In this document: piece by piece, positions 27,560 through 41,349 of the stretch | How the letters are laid out: each line of letters begins with the position of its first letter | Numbering within the stretch: position 1 is the stretch's first letter | Source of the DNA: Amoebidium appalachense | Taxonomy: Eukaryota; Protista; Ichthyosporea | Length of the DNA: 64,000 bases | Direction of reading: 5' to 3' | Assembly: GCA_963693365.1 (NCBI GenBank) | Contig: CAVNZM010000005.1 | Span: 3,306,202-3,370,201 of the forward strand | Notes under the pieces: generated by a model | Told to the model about the DNA's origin: nothing | Database searches by the model: none | The model's input: the letters and a program-made list of their open reading frames with translations, nothing else | Position numbers and translations under genes: made by a program

Positions 27560-28159
27560 CTGGAGTGCCCGTTAGAAACGGTTAGGTTGCAGCATTGCCG
27601 GCCACATTACACACACATTTGAAAAGTTACCCACATACCCACTGCAAGAACCCACACACGCACAACCACTAACAACACAAACATCAAACAAACAGCACAA
27701 ACATACACACATCAACCAATACGCTCCCACTCCCAGCCACAACTCCTACCCACCACCAACAGCCCCCACCCATCACCTACCCACCCAACATCACCACACA
27801 TACATTCACAAGGTGCAGCAGACATACGCAAAACACATGTCACCTGCACAGACCTACTCACAACAACACAAATCACGTGCACACTATTCAGTGACAAACA
27901 CAATCACAACACAGACATGAGTGCTCGCTCGCAGACGCATGCAAAAAGCAAAAAAGCAACATCCTACAGTAGTGCTACGCCAACGAGAGGATGGTCGAGC
28001 TCGCCTTACTTTTACCCAGACTTGTTTGTTCTTCTTTTCCCGCATGGAATCTCAAATTCCCCCCCCTCTCCTCCCCCCCCCCCCCCCCCCCCCTTCCCTC
28101 CCTCCCCTCCTTCTCCACGAGAGGACACCAAAAACAAAGCAAAAAGAAACAAAAACAAG

Positions 28160-28207
<48 letters not shown>

Positions 28208-28356
28208 AACAAACTGGTGAATTGGTTCAAGTTTGGCACACAGATGAATTCCACATACTGTGAAAAACCTAACACACCGTGGAGGCTGGGGGAAGGGTGA
28301 TTGGATGGGTGGGCGGGGGATGGGTTTTTTTTTTTCTTCTTCTTGTTGTTCTTCTT

Positions 28357-28405
<49 letters not shown>

Positions 28406-28533
28406 GGGGGGGCGGGGAGGGGGGGGAAACCCACCTTGTCATGTGGTCCCTTGCGGTGTTGCTGTTGTCGTCACCGAACAAAGCCACAACCTGAGGGTGG
28501 GTGGGTGAGGGGGTGCACGTGGGGGTGTCGCTA

Positions 28534-29607
28534 TGCTAATTTATTACTTGTATGAGTGCTAATTTATTACTTGTATGAGTGCTACTTGTATGAGTGCTAA
28601 TTTATTACTTGTATGAGTGCTAATTTATTACTTGTATGAGTGCTACTTGTATGAGTGCTAATTTATTACTTGTATGAGTGCTAATTTATTACTTGTATGA
28701 GTGCTAATTTATTACTTGTATGAGTGCTAATTTATTACTTGTATGAGTGCTAATTTATTACTTGTATGAGTGCTAATTTATTAATTGTATGAGTGCTACT
28801 TGTATGAGTGCTAATTTATTGCTTGTATGAGTGCTAATTTATTACTTGTATGAGTGCTAATTTATTACTTGTGTGAGTGCTAAATTATTACTTGTATGAG
28901 TGCTACTTGTATGAGTGCTAATTTATTACTTGTATGAGTGCTAATTTATTACTTGTATGAGTGCTAATTTATTACTTGTATGAGTGCTAATTTATTACTT
29001 GTATGAGTGCTAATTTATTACTTGTATGAGTGCTAATTTATTACTTGTATGAGTGCTACTTGTATGAGTGCTAATTTATTACTTGTATGAGTGCTAATTT
29101 ATTACTTGTATGGGTGCTAATTTATTACTTGTATGAGTGCTAATTTATTACTTGTATGAGTGCTAATTTATTACTTGTATGAGTGCTACTTGTATGACTG
29201 CTAATTTATTACTTGTATGAGTGCTAATTTATTACTTGTATGAGTGCTAATTTATTACTTGTGTGAGTGCTAATTTATTACTTGTATGAGTGCTACTTGT
29301 ATGAGTGCTAATTTATTACTTGTATGAGTGCTAATTTATTACTTGTATGAGTGCCACTTGTATGAGTGCTAATTTATTACTTGTATGAGTGCTAATTTAT
29401 TACTTGTATGAGTGCTAATTTATTACTTGTATGAGTGCTAATTTATTACTTGTATGAGTGCTACTTGTATGAGTGCTAATTTATTACTTGTATGAGTGCT
29501 AATTTATTACTTGTATGAGTGCTACTTGTATGAGTGCTAATTTATTACTTGTATGAGTGCTAATTTATTACTTGTATGAGTGCTAATTTATTACTTGTAT
29601 GAGTGCT
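28534..29607. repeat. 23-bp minisatellite (GCTAATTTATTACTTGTATGAGT)n with interspersed 15-bp deletion variant
   Basis: About 50 near-identical units over ~1.07 kb. Confidence 0.97.
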
Positions 29608-29845
29608 GGGCACGTGATCTCCATGGCACCTTTCCCCCCAAACCCTAGCCCCTCAGGCATACCGTAAGCCCCAAAAAGATAAGGAAACATGTAGGTGTGG
29701 TTCGGGGAGAGGGAATGGCAGCAGATGGCTGGGAGGGGATGGGGGGAGGGGGGTGGGGGGATGGGGGGAAACTGGCTATACATGGTGTGCTTCTTTGATT
29801 CCAATGTTGGTGCCGTTGATTCGGGTGCCGATGTTGCCCTTACTC

Positions 29846-29914
<69 letters not shown>

Positions 29915-30004
29915 GTGTGTGTGTGCGCGCGCGTGTGTGTGTGTGTGCGCGCGCGTGTGTGTGAACATGTGAGCATGTGCGTGTCTGCGCATAGTGTTGT
30001 ATTG

Positions 30005-30086
<82 letters not shown>

Positions 30087-30373
30087 ATGTCTGTGCTGTG
30101 TGCACATCTGTGTTCGGGTGTGGGTGTGGGTATGAGTTTGAGTGTGAGTTCGTGTGTGGCTGTTGCAGCATGTGTGTATTTTTGTCTGTGTGTGTGTGAT
30201 TGTCTGTGTTTGTGTTTATGCCTGTGTGGGTGCGGTGGAGGCAGAGCGAAACAGAAGGGGTTAAGAAACACAAAGAGAAGAAGGGGAGATTGGAGCTATA
30301 GGCGATGTGTGCATGTGTATGTGGCTGGGGGTTGGTGATAGTGGTATTTTTTCTTTTTTCTTTCTTTCTTTTC

Positions 30374-30456
<83 letters not shown>

Positions 30457-30828
30457 ATATACCTGCATAGGCAAAGGCTACGGTGGCCCAGGGGGTAAGC
30501 ATTGTGAGGGGTTGGTGGCAGTAGGAGAGGAGGGGCTGGTGGCCATGCGGGTCAACCTGTGGATCTGCACTAGTGGGTATAGGCACACATACAGCCATGG
30601 AAACAGGCACACACACAAACGGATAGGCACAGGAAGGCATCCACATACACGTATGCACACAAGAACACACACAGGTATCGGCAGAACACCTCCCCCCCCC
30701 CCCCCCCCCCCCCCCCCTCCCCCCCCCCCCCCCCCCCCCTCCCCCTCCCCCCCTGCCCTCTCTATCAAAAACTTGAAAAAAATGTGCACACTTTGACCCA
30801 GAAAACCTTAGCTATCCACCCTCCTTCC

Positions 30829-30862
<34 letters not shown>

Positions 30863-31089
30863 TTCCCCTCCCCCCCTTCTCTCTCTCCCCCCCAGCAAAA
30901 AACAAGAATCAATAAATATAATAAAACAAAATGAACCAAAAAAATAAACAACGGACATAGGTATAGGCACGTCACAGTCGGTTCGAAAGGTCGGGAGTGT
31001 AATGTAGCACAAGGTGCAGTCCCCATATCTTCTCTTATACTCCTGCACACAATTCCTCACTGAGTACCATAATGCAAGAATAGAAACAC

Positions 31090-32651
31090 CAAACTTCTTA
31101 ATAAATTAAGGTTAAAAATACAAGAAAATAAATAAGACAACCCCCTTGTTAGAAGCACTCTTGTCTCAAACCTATGGTAGAGCTGTGGTTAATGGGCATC
31201 TTTCATATGGTTTTGCTCGTACTAGAGGTCTCTTGCAGGGTTCATTGCTTAGCCCCTTTTTGTTTAACCTATTTATAGATGATTTGGCTGTCAAGATTTA
31301 CGCCGAAAACGATGACCCTATTAATAACTTTCCGCCTGCACTTCTCTATGCTGATGATCTGTCCCTCCTTGCCCGTACCCCTAGACGCCTGCAAAGATTG
31401 TTCGATGTAGTGTCAGAGTGGTGCAAGGCAAACCTTATGATCCTTAACATAGACAAATGTGGTGTTCTTGTACCTGATATAGCTAACAATTTACACACAT
31501 TTACATTATCATCTAAACCTGTACCTATAGTTCCAGAATACAAATATCTTGGTGTTCCGGTTGATTCTGTTGGTGTTATGTTTCCCCATATGGTCGAAAA
31601 GAGGGTAGAGTTGGCTCGTAAGCGGTTAGCTTTCTTCTCGGCTAATATTTTTAAAGACACACCCCTCCATCCTTCTATTAGACTTACATTTATTCGCACT
31701 TTTGTCTTCCCGGCATGTGAATATGGTTTACCCCTTCTCGCCGCTTGGATCAAGAAAGAGAGAACTAGAGCGCTTAAACCCTTGGCAAATTTCCTTGAAG
31801 CAGAAGTTGCCTCCTTTCTATCTAACAACTGTTGTAAACCTGGGCCTGTAACGCTCTCGATATATGGTCTGGTCCCAATAGCTGCTAGAGTATCCTATCT
31901 CGCGCTGAAATTCAATAAGCACATAAGCCGCTTAAAGAAGTATTTGCCCTCCCACCCTCTCTTCTCTATCCGACCTGTCCCCTCCTCACCTCTCCCCTCT
32001 TTCCTCCCCTCTCTCTCCCCTTCTCCCCTGGGCACAAATACAAATAAACCCCGCAATAGTGTGTGTGTGACTTTGGACTGCCACTTACTTATTAAACATG
32101 TACACAATCACAAGATAATCACGCAATATAACAAATGGAAAAAGATACCACACGACACTAGACCCGATGAAAGCATACACCTTGAAAAACTAAGCCTTAT
32201 GTCTCGTTTTATATATACTGACCGCCTCAACCATATTGCCAAATATGGCACTCGCAAGTGTATAACACCTAAATACATATTACCTTCCTGTAGAACTGGT
32301 CTTTCTCTAGCTGATGGTATTATTGATCAATTACCACGCTTTTACTGTACACGTGCTATACAGTGGAGATCTAATAAGTATAAGGTGGCATCATTTGCAT
32401 ACCCAAACAACACACACACACACCAGTTTAACCGGTCATGTATCGCCAAATGTAGTTTGATAGACCACATAATACCGCAACACACACACGTCACATTCAC
32501 AACAGACACCCAGAAAGATAGCCTACCTGTAAATTACAACATCCTTGATTTTATACTAAACACGCGTAACTACGACCTGTTTATTAGATGTATTGATTGG
32601 CTTGAGAAACACATCACTACAAAATTATAGCGCACGCGCACACACACACAC

Positions 32652-32704
<53 letters not shown>

Positions 32705-32736
32705 CCAGCTGATACCGAGTGTCCCGAGGGGAGCCC

Positions 32737-32770
<34 letters not shown>
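31090..32770 (+). mobile_element. 5'-truncated non-LTR (LINE-like) retrotransposon
   Basis: RT ORF begins mid-domain, with an upstream out-of-frame TKLLNKLRLK remnant. Short 3' UTR with (CA)n, then a 30-nt poly(A) at 32741-32770. No TSD found. Confidence 0.85.
31146..32630 (+). CDS. Reverse transcriptase, non-LTR type, N-terminally truncated
   Basis: Motifs GLLQGSLLSPFLFNLFIDDL, LLYADDL, W....L..N..KC, YKYLGV. C-terminal AIQWR…HQFNRSCIAKC…YNILDFILN. Confidence 0.93.
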   Translation: MLEALLSQTYGRAVVNGHLSYGFARTRGLLQGSLLSPFLFNLFIDDLAVKIYAENDDPINNFPPALLYADDLSLLARTPRRLQRLFDVVSEWCKANLMILNIDKCGVLVPDIANNLHTFTLSSKPVPIVPEYKYLGVPVDSVGVMFPHMVEKRVELARKRLAFFSANIFKDTPLHPSIRLTFIRTFVFPACEYGLPLLAAWIKKERTRALKPLANFLEAEVASFLSNNCCKPGPVTLSIYGLVPIAARVSYLALKFNKHISRLKKYLPSHPLFSIRPVPSSPLPSFLPSLSPSPLGTNTNKPRNSVCVTLDCHLLIKHVHNHKIITQYNKWKKIPHDTRPDESIHLEKLSLMSRFIYTDRLNHIAKYGTRKCITPKYILPSCRTGLSLADGIIDQLPRFYCTRAIQWRSNKYKVASFAYPNNTHTHQFNRSCIAKCSLIDHIIPQHTHVTFTTDTQKDSLPVNYNILDFILNTRNYDLFIRCIDWLEKHITTKL

Positions 32771-32772
<2 letters not shown>

Positions 32773-33005
32773 GGGGAACCCCAACTAATTGATTTCTCCT
32801 TGTAGTCTTTATGGTGTCTCGTAGAGAAAGTAAACCCTGATATATAGTCACCACCCGACATCTATGTACGTGATCATGATATACCGCTGAGGGGATATTC
32901 CGAGCAAACCCCCCCCCCCCATACCTGAGACTGGTTCTCTTTGCCTCGAGTAAACAGCGTAAACCCCTTCTATACTTCCTCCCTCGCCCCTCCCTCCAAT
33001 CCCCA

Positions 33006-33039
<34 letters not shown>

Positions 33040-33324
33040 TCCCTTCCCTCCCCTCTTACACCTTTTCTTTTTTTCGGTTGTGCAAATATCAGCAGAACCG
33101 CACAGGGCCCATAGTATACATTCATCATCGGGGATGATGAGGGGGGGGGGGGGGGGGGGGGGGGGAGTGCGGAGGGGGTGGGCGGGGTGGGGGGGGGGGG
33201 GGGGTTTACATTCACCCACCTCCACGTGCACATCTGCCAGTGCTATGTTTGTATATGCCTTGGGATTGCTGTAGTAGGCATCCCATGTGAGGGGGTGATC
33301 GAGTACACTGGAGGGGTGCGTGCC

Positions 33325-33382
<58 letters not shown>

Positions 33383-33399
33383 TGAGTGAGTGAGTGAGT

Positions 33400-33430
<31 letters not shown>

Positions 33431-33628
33431 ATTGAGTGAGTGTGTGTGTGTGTGTGTGAGTGTGTGTGTGTGTGCGTGAGTGGGTGCATATGTGCGACTG
33501 TGCGTGAAGGGGATATGGGGGGCTGGGTTGGTGGGGGCGGAGGAGGGGGGGAGGGGAGGGGGGGGGGGGGGGGGGCAGCAGGGTTAGGCAAGCGGTTGTA
33601 CAAGCAAGGGTAAATAAAAGTTGTTTGT

Positions 33629-33659
<31 letters not shown>

Positions 33660-34977
33660 GGGGGGAAGAGATGACTGTGTAGGTAGTGTCTGGAAAAGAA
33701 CCAATGGCTAAGTGTTCATGTGGTTGGAATGAAACTCGAAGAAGAGGAGGGGGGGGGGGGGGGGAGGGGGGGGGGGGGGGGGGGGACTGTGCAGTGTTTG
33801 TGTACACACTGTGTCACTATGTTTGTCGTGCTGTACTGTGTATTGTAACATGAAAACACAGTGAAGATACCGCACGACAAACATAATGCAGAAAATAACT
33901 GCACGAAGCAGAATCCAACCACATAGAAGAGGTGCAACCAACAAAGTAGTGGATCCTTTACGGAGGGTGAGATAGGATGTTGAGTGGAATGTGCAATGAT
34001 TCCTTTGCACTTTTTTTTTTTTTCAGAGCACATACCTTGCGATTGAGTGATGTTTATTGCCTGGGCGGCAACACAAAACCGCCGAAGTTGAAGTGAACCT
34101 GTGACCATACCACAGAGAATTCTGTTACCATATTGACCTACATTTAAGAGGGGGATTCTTCATCGCACACTGTTTTGCACTGGGGTTCTTGATGATGTCT
34201 GGGAGTAAGCAGCAAGGAACAGAGAGGGGGACTTCACGAAGAAATATAAGAAGGAAGGATGGGTCAGAGGAAAAAGGGAATCCACCGGGGGGAGGGGGGG
34301 GGGGTTGGAAAGGTTAGAGTTAATGCGAAGACATGAAGATTGTGGGGTCTGGGTTGCATCCATTGAAGGGGGCAGGGCGGGGAGGGGGAGGGGGGGGGGG
34401 GGGGGGGGGGTAAAGGGTGTAAAAACAACTATACATGACCAATATCACCCAACACACTCACTAACTTGCCAGAACCTGAGATACTCACTATCTGCCATTA
34501 TGGGGGCCATTTTATTCCCTGTTTCCTCTCCTCCCTTCCCTCCCCCTCTCTCCCCCAACTCCAACTCCCTCCCCGTCTCTCCCCCAACTCCAACTCCCTC
34601 CCCGTCTCTCCCTCAACTCCAACTCCCTCCCACTTCCCCCTCAACCTTCCCCTTCCCAACCCCCTCCTTCCCCCCCCCTCCCTAGCTTCCACCCTCTCCC
34701 CTCGGAAAGCGACGTTGAGGCGAGGAGGGCCCACCCCACCTCAACCTCGCTTTCTGAAAGGCGGGGTGGTGGTGGTGGCGGGGGGGGGGGGGAGGGGATG
34801 AATCCTCAAAAACACTTTCCCCGCCCGTCTTGCCCTATCCCTCTCCTTCCCCTTTTCCTTAACCAGATGTGCTACCGACAGATCTCTCGACGATTTTCTT
34901 CGCCAACCATTCCAGGTTTCATAACGCGTAAACAGAAATGCATTTTCGTTTCCTCTTGTGTCAATCCCCTTTGAAAG

Positions 34978-35230
<253 letters not shown>

Positions 35231-35940
35231 CTCTCTCTCCCCCCCCCCTCTCCCTTTTCACTCCTCCCCACCTCCCTCCCTCCCCCCCCCCCCCCTCTAC
35301 CCCCCCCCGGCCCCACACACACACACACCCACACACACACCCACCGACCCACCACCCACCCACCACCACCACCACCACCGCTGCCACCTTTTACCCTCGA
35401 CAGGCATGCACAACCAGCTTAAAAAAGGGTTGTAGTGGCCACCATAATCAAAATTTTAAGGATCCCTGTAAAATTCCCTGTAAAATGATGAGTGCAGCAC
35501 GTACCTTTTGTAGTGGACAGTCGGTAGGTGCTGGCCAAACCTGGCCAGCGATGGCACAAGCGGGTTGGCATGTTTGGGCGCAGTAATGTAGCTTAGCCGG
35601 AAGAGAAAACGAGTGGGCCTCTTAGAAAACCTCTGATACGGGCTTTTTGTTTGTAAGCAGTAGCTTTCAAATATGGTGAGTGTGAGGTGGTTTTCCGTTC
35701 ACCAGAAGGTTAGGTAAGACAGCTTGATAGGCAACTGTGGCGATCCAGACGCAAACAATATCCGTTACCCTTTCCTTGAACAGTAGCACCAACAGTTCGC
35801 AATACGGTGTGGTATGTAAAACTGTATGTATAATACGATCGTCGTGGAGCTTCGCATGGGTTCACGAAATTTTCCCAAATTTTCAAACAGAGCGAAGACG
35901 GTGACTGAGCTGAGGTCGGAGTTCGAAGAGGTCGGACAAA

Positions 35941-35989
35941 GACATGGACCACGGCCATCTAGAGTCTCTAGATGGCCGTGGACATGGAC
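35941..35989. mobile_element. 31-bp perfect palindrome flanked by 9-bp direct repeat (minimal TIR insertion or footprint)
   Basis: GACATGGAC | CACGGCCATCTAGAG-T-CTCTAGATGGCCGTG | GACATGGAC. Confidence 0.75.
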
Positions 35990-37225
35990 GAAGGACAAGT
36001 TGACAACAACTGCTGTTTGAAATGTTCCCGCCAAAAGCATTTTAGGTAACCCAATAACATTTTACGATCTAGAAATTTACGTAAGTGTAAGAGCCAGTCA
36101 TTGCAGTGCCGTCATCTGAAGGACAGTGCACGTGCCCATGCATCCCTCCAGACTGCATGCGCAGTTATGAGCTTTTGGCTCGCTGTTTCAGAGTTAGACG
36201 GAGGAAAAGAACATGCATATGCATAGAAGGTTTACACGGTCTATATAGAAAATATATAGGCTAATAGATCTTTAATACAGGACAAGAAAGCTACGTGCGG
36301 CACCCAGAACTCTGTCGTTTTTGCTCATGTTATAGCTGTTTTGTATGACCAAACGGAACAATCCAAAGGTGTGACCGCTACTTTAAACACACAGTTTGAT
36401 CACCTTTATGCACTTGTATAGCCCCTTTTAGTTTGGCAAAAAGAGGGAAAGTTTTGTTGGTTTCTTACACAAGTGCCGTTCAGGGCCTGGGCATCGGAAA
36501 TAAACATGGCCGACGTAAGTGTTTTGTGCTTTCCCCAGAATACCTGCAACCAATCCATAGACATCGGGGCACGAGCACACCCGCACACACACGCATACGT
36601 ACATGCACGCGCGCACACACGCGCGCACCCGCTCACACGCCCATACTACCCGCACATTCACACACTGGCGTGCACACTAACAAGAAACAAGCACAAACGG
36701 TTCAGACACAAGGGCATGCACCAGAACATACACATACACACAATCACTCGAAGGCAACTCACGTGCGTACGTACATGCACACACACACCATCAGCCGAAA
36801 ACGGAGCGTACTTGCATCCATGTTCATCAAATGCAGACACAACGCGCACATGTGCATACACTACATACAAACACCAACATAGACAAAAGCAACACACATT
36901 CAAACATGCACATGTACATACACACACACACACACACACACACAAGCAAACACAAGCACCCCCCCCCCACACACACCCAAGCACACACATACGCACACAC
37001 ACACACACACACAAAAGACACTCACTTCTTTTGTGTACACATCAGTGCTGCACGGCACGGCACATACACCGGTTGCTTGCAACAAGTTCTTTTTCTATCT
37101 ACGTAGCTGTTGTGTAACATGCTTTCAGAATCATACTACGTGCCTCTGCTATCATATTCACTGCTGTCCCTCCCATCCTCTCCGCCTCCCCCTCCCCCCT
37201 ACCTCCCCCCCCCCCCCCTCCCCCT

Positions 37226-37257
<32 letters not shown>

Positions 37258-38783
37258 CTCCCTCTCATCATGCATCCCTGCAATTATAAAGTACACAACT
37301 CTACCGTGCTTCATTTTGACGATCAGGCCCACTTAAGCGTGTTTGGGTGGTGGGGGGGTGCGCGACGTGTTTGGGTGGTGGGGGGGTGCGCGGAGAGAGG
37401 GTGGTGGTGGTGGTGGTGGTGGTGGGGGGGGGGGGGGGGGAGGGGGGAGGAAAGGGGTTGAAGGCCAACGGAGAACAGGGGGGAAGAGGTAGGATAAAAA
37501 GAAAGTCTTGGAAACGACGTGATGGGGGGTGGCCTGTAATAAGTTCCTGTGTGCAGTGGCCTTTTGTTTTTTATTTTCTTGTTTGTTAGGTTTTTTTTTT
37601 TTTGGGGGGGGGGGGGGGGGAGGGGGGGGGGGGGGAATAATGCTCGGTGTTTTCCCATCGCTTTGGTTGGCATGGTTGGGAGACAGTCAGAGACAAAAGG
37701 ATTTGGATTAATGGGTGATGTGCGAGTCCTGTGTTTCATAGCATAGCTGTACATAGGTATGTGCTCTGTATGAGCAGAGACAAGGAAGGGGGAGGGGGAG
37801 GGGGGGGGGGGGGATAGAAAGGAAGTGGGTAGAGGGGGGAGTGGCAAGGAAAATGTTGGTGTGGGGAAACCGGGGGGGGCTCTACCTAGGGATTAGTGGT
37901 TTTAAGAGAGTGAGAAATCACGGGGGCATCCCCGTATAGCCGCTGTTTAGGACTGTGTTTGAGACATTGATTAAGACAGTAAAACTTTGGATCTATGGCA
38001 AAAAAAGATATTTTTTCTGTTTTCTTTTCAGCGGATACAGTTGCAGCAGCTCTCCTCTATCTTTTGCTCCCCCCCCCCCCCCCCCCCCCCCCCCCTCCCC
38101 CCCTCCCCCTGTGAACTCCCAAAGCCCTTCCCTCTCCCAACTCTATCTTAACCCCCCTCCCCCCGGGGCCCCTCTTCCCCCCGCCCGTCTTTCCCTCTCC
38201 CTTCTACCACCCTAGGTGACTTTGTCTATTTTCTTGCTCCCCCCACCCCCTCCCCCTCTCTCCGCGGCGCACCATCTCTCCTTTCACACACACACACACA
38301 GCCTTTCTCTCCCACCTCCTCCCCTCCCCTCCCCGCTCCTCCCCCCCCCCCCCCCCCGTCCCTGGCTACACACCCTCCCTCCTTCTCTTCCTCTTCCCAG
38401 ACATCCGCGTATCCTCGCCTCTCTCCTGTCTCCTCTCTCTAATCTTTGGCCTCTTTTCTTGTTATGTTTTTGCACACACGACGTTGGTCCTTTTTTTGTG
38501 TGTGGGCTGGGCCTTGAAAAAAGCTAACAGTAGTTGCCCCCCCCCCCCCCCCCCTTTGCGCCTTCCCCTCCTCCCCTCCCCCCCCCTCGTTGGGGCTGCC
38601 CCCGCACAAAAGCTTTACTCTTCTCACTCCCGATATCTTTATCCCTCCACCCCCTCCGCCCCTAAAACCCTCAAACCCCCCCCCCCCCCCCCCCCCCCGC
38701 CCCGCCCCCCCCGGCTCCCCTCAACCTCTCCGCTTCCCCTCACATACACACATTCAAACATCATCTCTCCCTCATTCCGTTGT

Positions 38784-38850
<67 letters not shown>

Positions 38851-38853
38851 CGC

Positions 38854-38925
<72 letters not shown>

Positions 38926-38928
<3 letters not shown>

Positions 38929-39045
38929 GATGAGAACACCCCCCCCCAGCTTGTGTTCAACGACCAGGTGTTTGCCATTGCATTCAGTCCCACAGCAAAC
39001 ATCGTGGCATCCGGTCTGATTTCAGGCCCCGTCTTTGTGTGAGTA

Positions 39046-39090
<45 letters not shown>

Positions 39091-39437
39091 CCCCCCCCAA
39101 GAAAAAAAAAAAAAAAAAAAAACTCTTTGTGTGTGCTTTGCAACATCTGCATTATTTTGTCTGTCGCGATTGTGTACTTGGGTACTCTGCAACACATCCC
39201 CCCCCCCCCCCCCCCTCTCCCCCTCCCCCCTTTCTGCCCCCCTCCCCCCCTCCCCCCCTCTCGTCTGCCCTCGACTCTCTTCCCCCGTTCCCAGTGATAC
39301 GTGCACAACTCATGTGCACACTCACTGTGCCCATCCCACACACCAGACACACTGGGCTGTAGGTAAGCTTTCATTGTTGTTCTTGTCTGATTGTGTGGCT
39401 CTCTTGTGTTTTTCCCCAATTTACCCTTCTCCCCCCC

Positions 39438-39473
<36 letters not shown>

Positions 39474-40008
39474 CCCTCCCCCCCAACCCCCCTCCCTCCC
39501 TCCCTCCCCCTATGCACTTAGAACTTATCATAACAATGATGATGAAGAATGAGTGAAATAATGGGGGAAAGGAACACAGAAATCATCTGTACCTTCCTAC
39601 CCCCCCCCCCCCCCCCCTCCCCTCCCCCCTCCCCTCCCCACTTGCCCCTTCCTCCGCTACCCCCCCCCCCCCCCCACCTCCCTCCCTCCCCTACCCCCTC
39701 CTCTCCAACCTCCAACCCTACCCACCGCCCTGCCTTTCCCTCTCTCTCTATCTCTTCTTGTCTCCTCTCCTTCCCCCCCCCCCTTCTCCTCCCCTCTTTG
39801 GGAGGATGGGCTCTGCTTGTTATGCATACTCTTTGTGTGTTTGCAATCTGCCTTATGTTGTCCGTTAGGATTGTGTCTTTCGTATACAATTACACATTCT
39901 TACCGCCCCCCCCCCCAAACCACCCCGGGGCCTTAGACCAGAGCTGTTCACCCTGTTGATGGGTTCCGGTTGCCTTTTTCTGACTGCACACATGTTCTGC
40001 CCACTGTT

Positions 40009-40053
<45 letters not shown>

Positions 40054-40182
40054 AGTATCTGTGCTTCCATGTTCACATTACCCTCTAATACTTTGATCTT
40101 CCCTCCCCCCCTCCCCCTCCCCGCCTCCCCTCCCCCCTCCAACCCCCCGGATGGATCCACAGGCACGCACGCACGAACAAGC

Positions 40183-40233
<51 letters not shown>

Positions 40234-40460
40234 CAACCGCTATGCACAGGAGGGCAACCAACAACTCTTCCACCTTAGCCACCACCAAAAGGCCTGCCGT
40301 GCCCTCGAGTTCTCACACGATGGTTCTGGTAAGCCAACCCCCCCCCCCCCCCCCCCTCTCCCTCCTCCTTCCCCCCGCACCCCCCTCTTTCCCCCCCCTC
40401 CCCACCCCCCCCCCCCCCCCCCCCCCTTCCCCCCCGTCTCCTCCCCCCGGCTCCCCCCCT

Positions 40461-40492
<32 letters not shown>

Positions 40493-41040
40493 CCCTCTCT
40501 AGTCGATTCCCTCTGCTCCCGGCCCCCCTTCCCCCTCCCCTTAGACAAAGATGACCTTGGGATATTGTCGTTTTTGCATTCACATTCTTTTTTTGCGTAT
40601 GTGGATTGTCGTACCTCTTGTGAAATGAACTTCGTATTGTGTACTGCATTCTACCCCCCGCCCTACCCTCCCCTCCTCCCTACCCCCTGCCCCCCCTCCC
40701 CCCCTTTCCTCTCTCTAGGAAGCCCGCAAGAATAGGATTTGCTTATAGAGCATACGCTGAGCGTCTTCGTGTCTGCACGCCACCATACGACTTGCACAGT
40801 CACATGTTTCCTCGTTGTGTTAGCTACTGCATCATATCTTAGTCAACCCTTCCCTCCCTTTCTTCTTCCCTTTTTGCTTACTACCATCTCTCACACTAAC
40901 TAACCTTCTCTCTCTGCATTTTTCCCACAGCCCTCTTCACAGCGTCCAAAGACAAGTCCCTATCTCTTGTGAATATGGCTACCGGTCAGGTCGTGTCAAC
41001 CGTGGAGAATGCACATGCGTAAGCCCATGCCCCCCCACCC

Positions 41041-41096
<56 letters not shown>

Positions 41097-41262
41097 CCAC
41101 CACCCCACCACCACCACCACCACCACCACTATACACACACACACGCATATACACACACCACGGATGCACCTGCGACCACCATCACTGCCGTCACCACTAC
41201 GACACACACACAGAGAAACAGAAACACACACATCCGCACGCGCACACACACACACAAACACA

Positions 41263-41349
<87 letters not shown>

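Noticed and set aside
28534-29607. Telomeric repeat
   Set aside because: Internal location, no G-rich strand, and no resemblance to TTAGGG-type repeats.
32850-34110. Minus-strand exon-like fragments (MWLDSASCSYFLHY; IIPDDECILWALC) faintly Ulp1-like
   Set aside because: I could not assemble them in phase and the catalytic residues are absent.
36406-37780. Minus-strand exon-like pieces ending VFWGKHKTLTSAMF…YTSA*
   Set aside because: No consistent gene model or recognisable domain.
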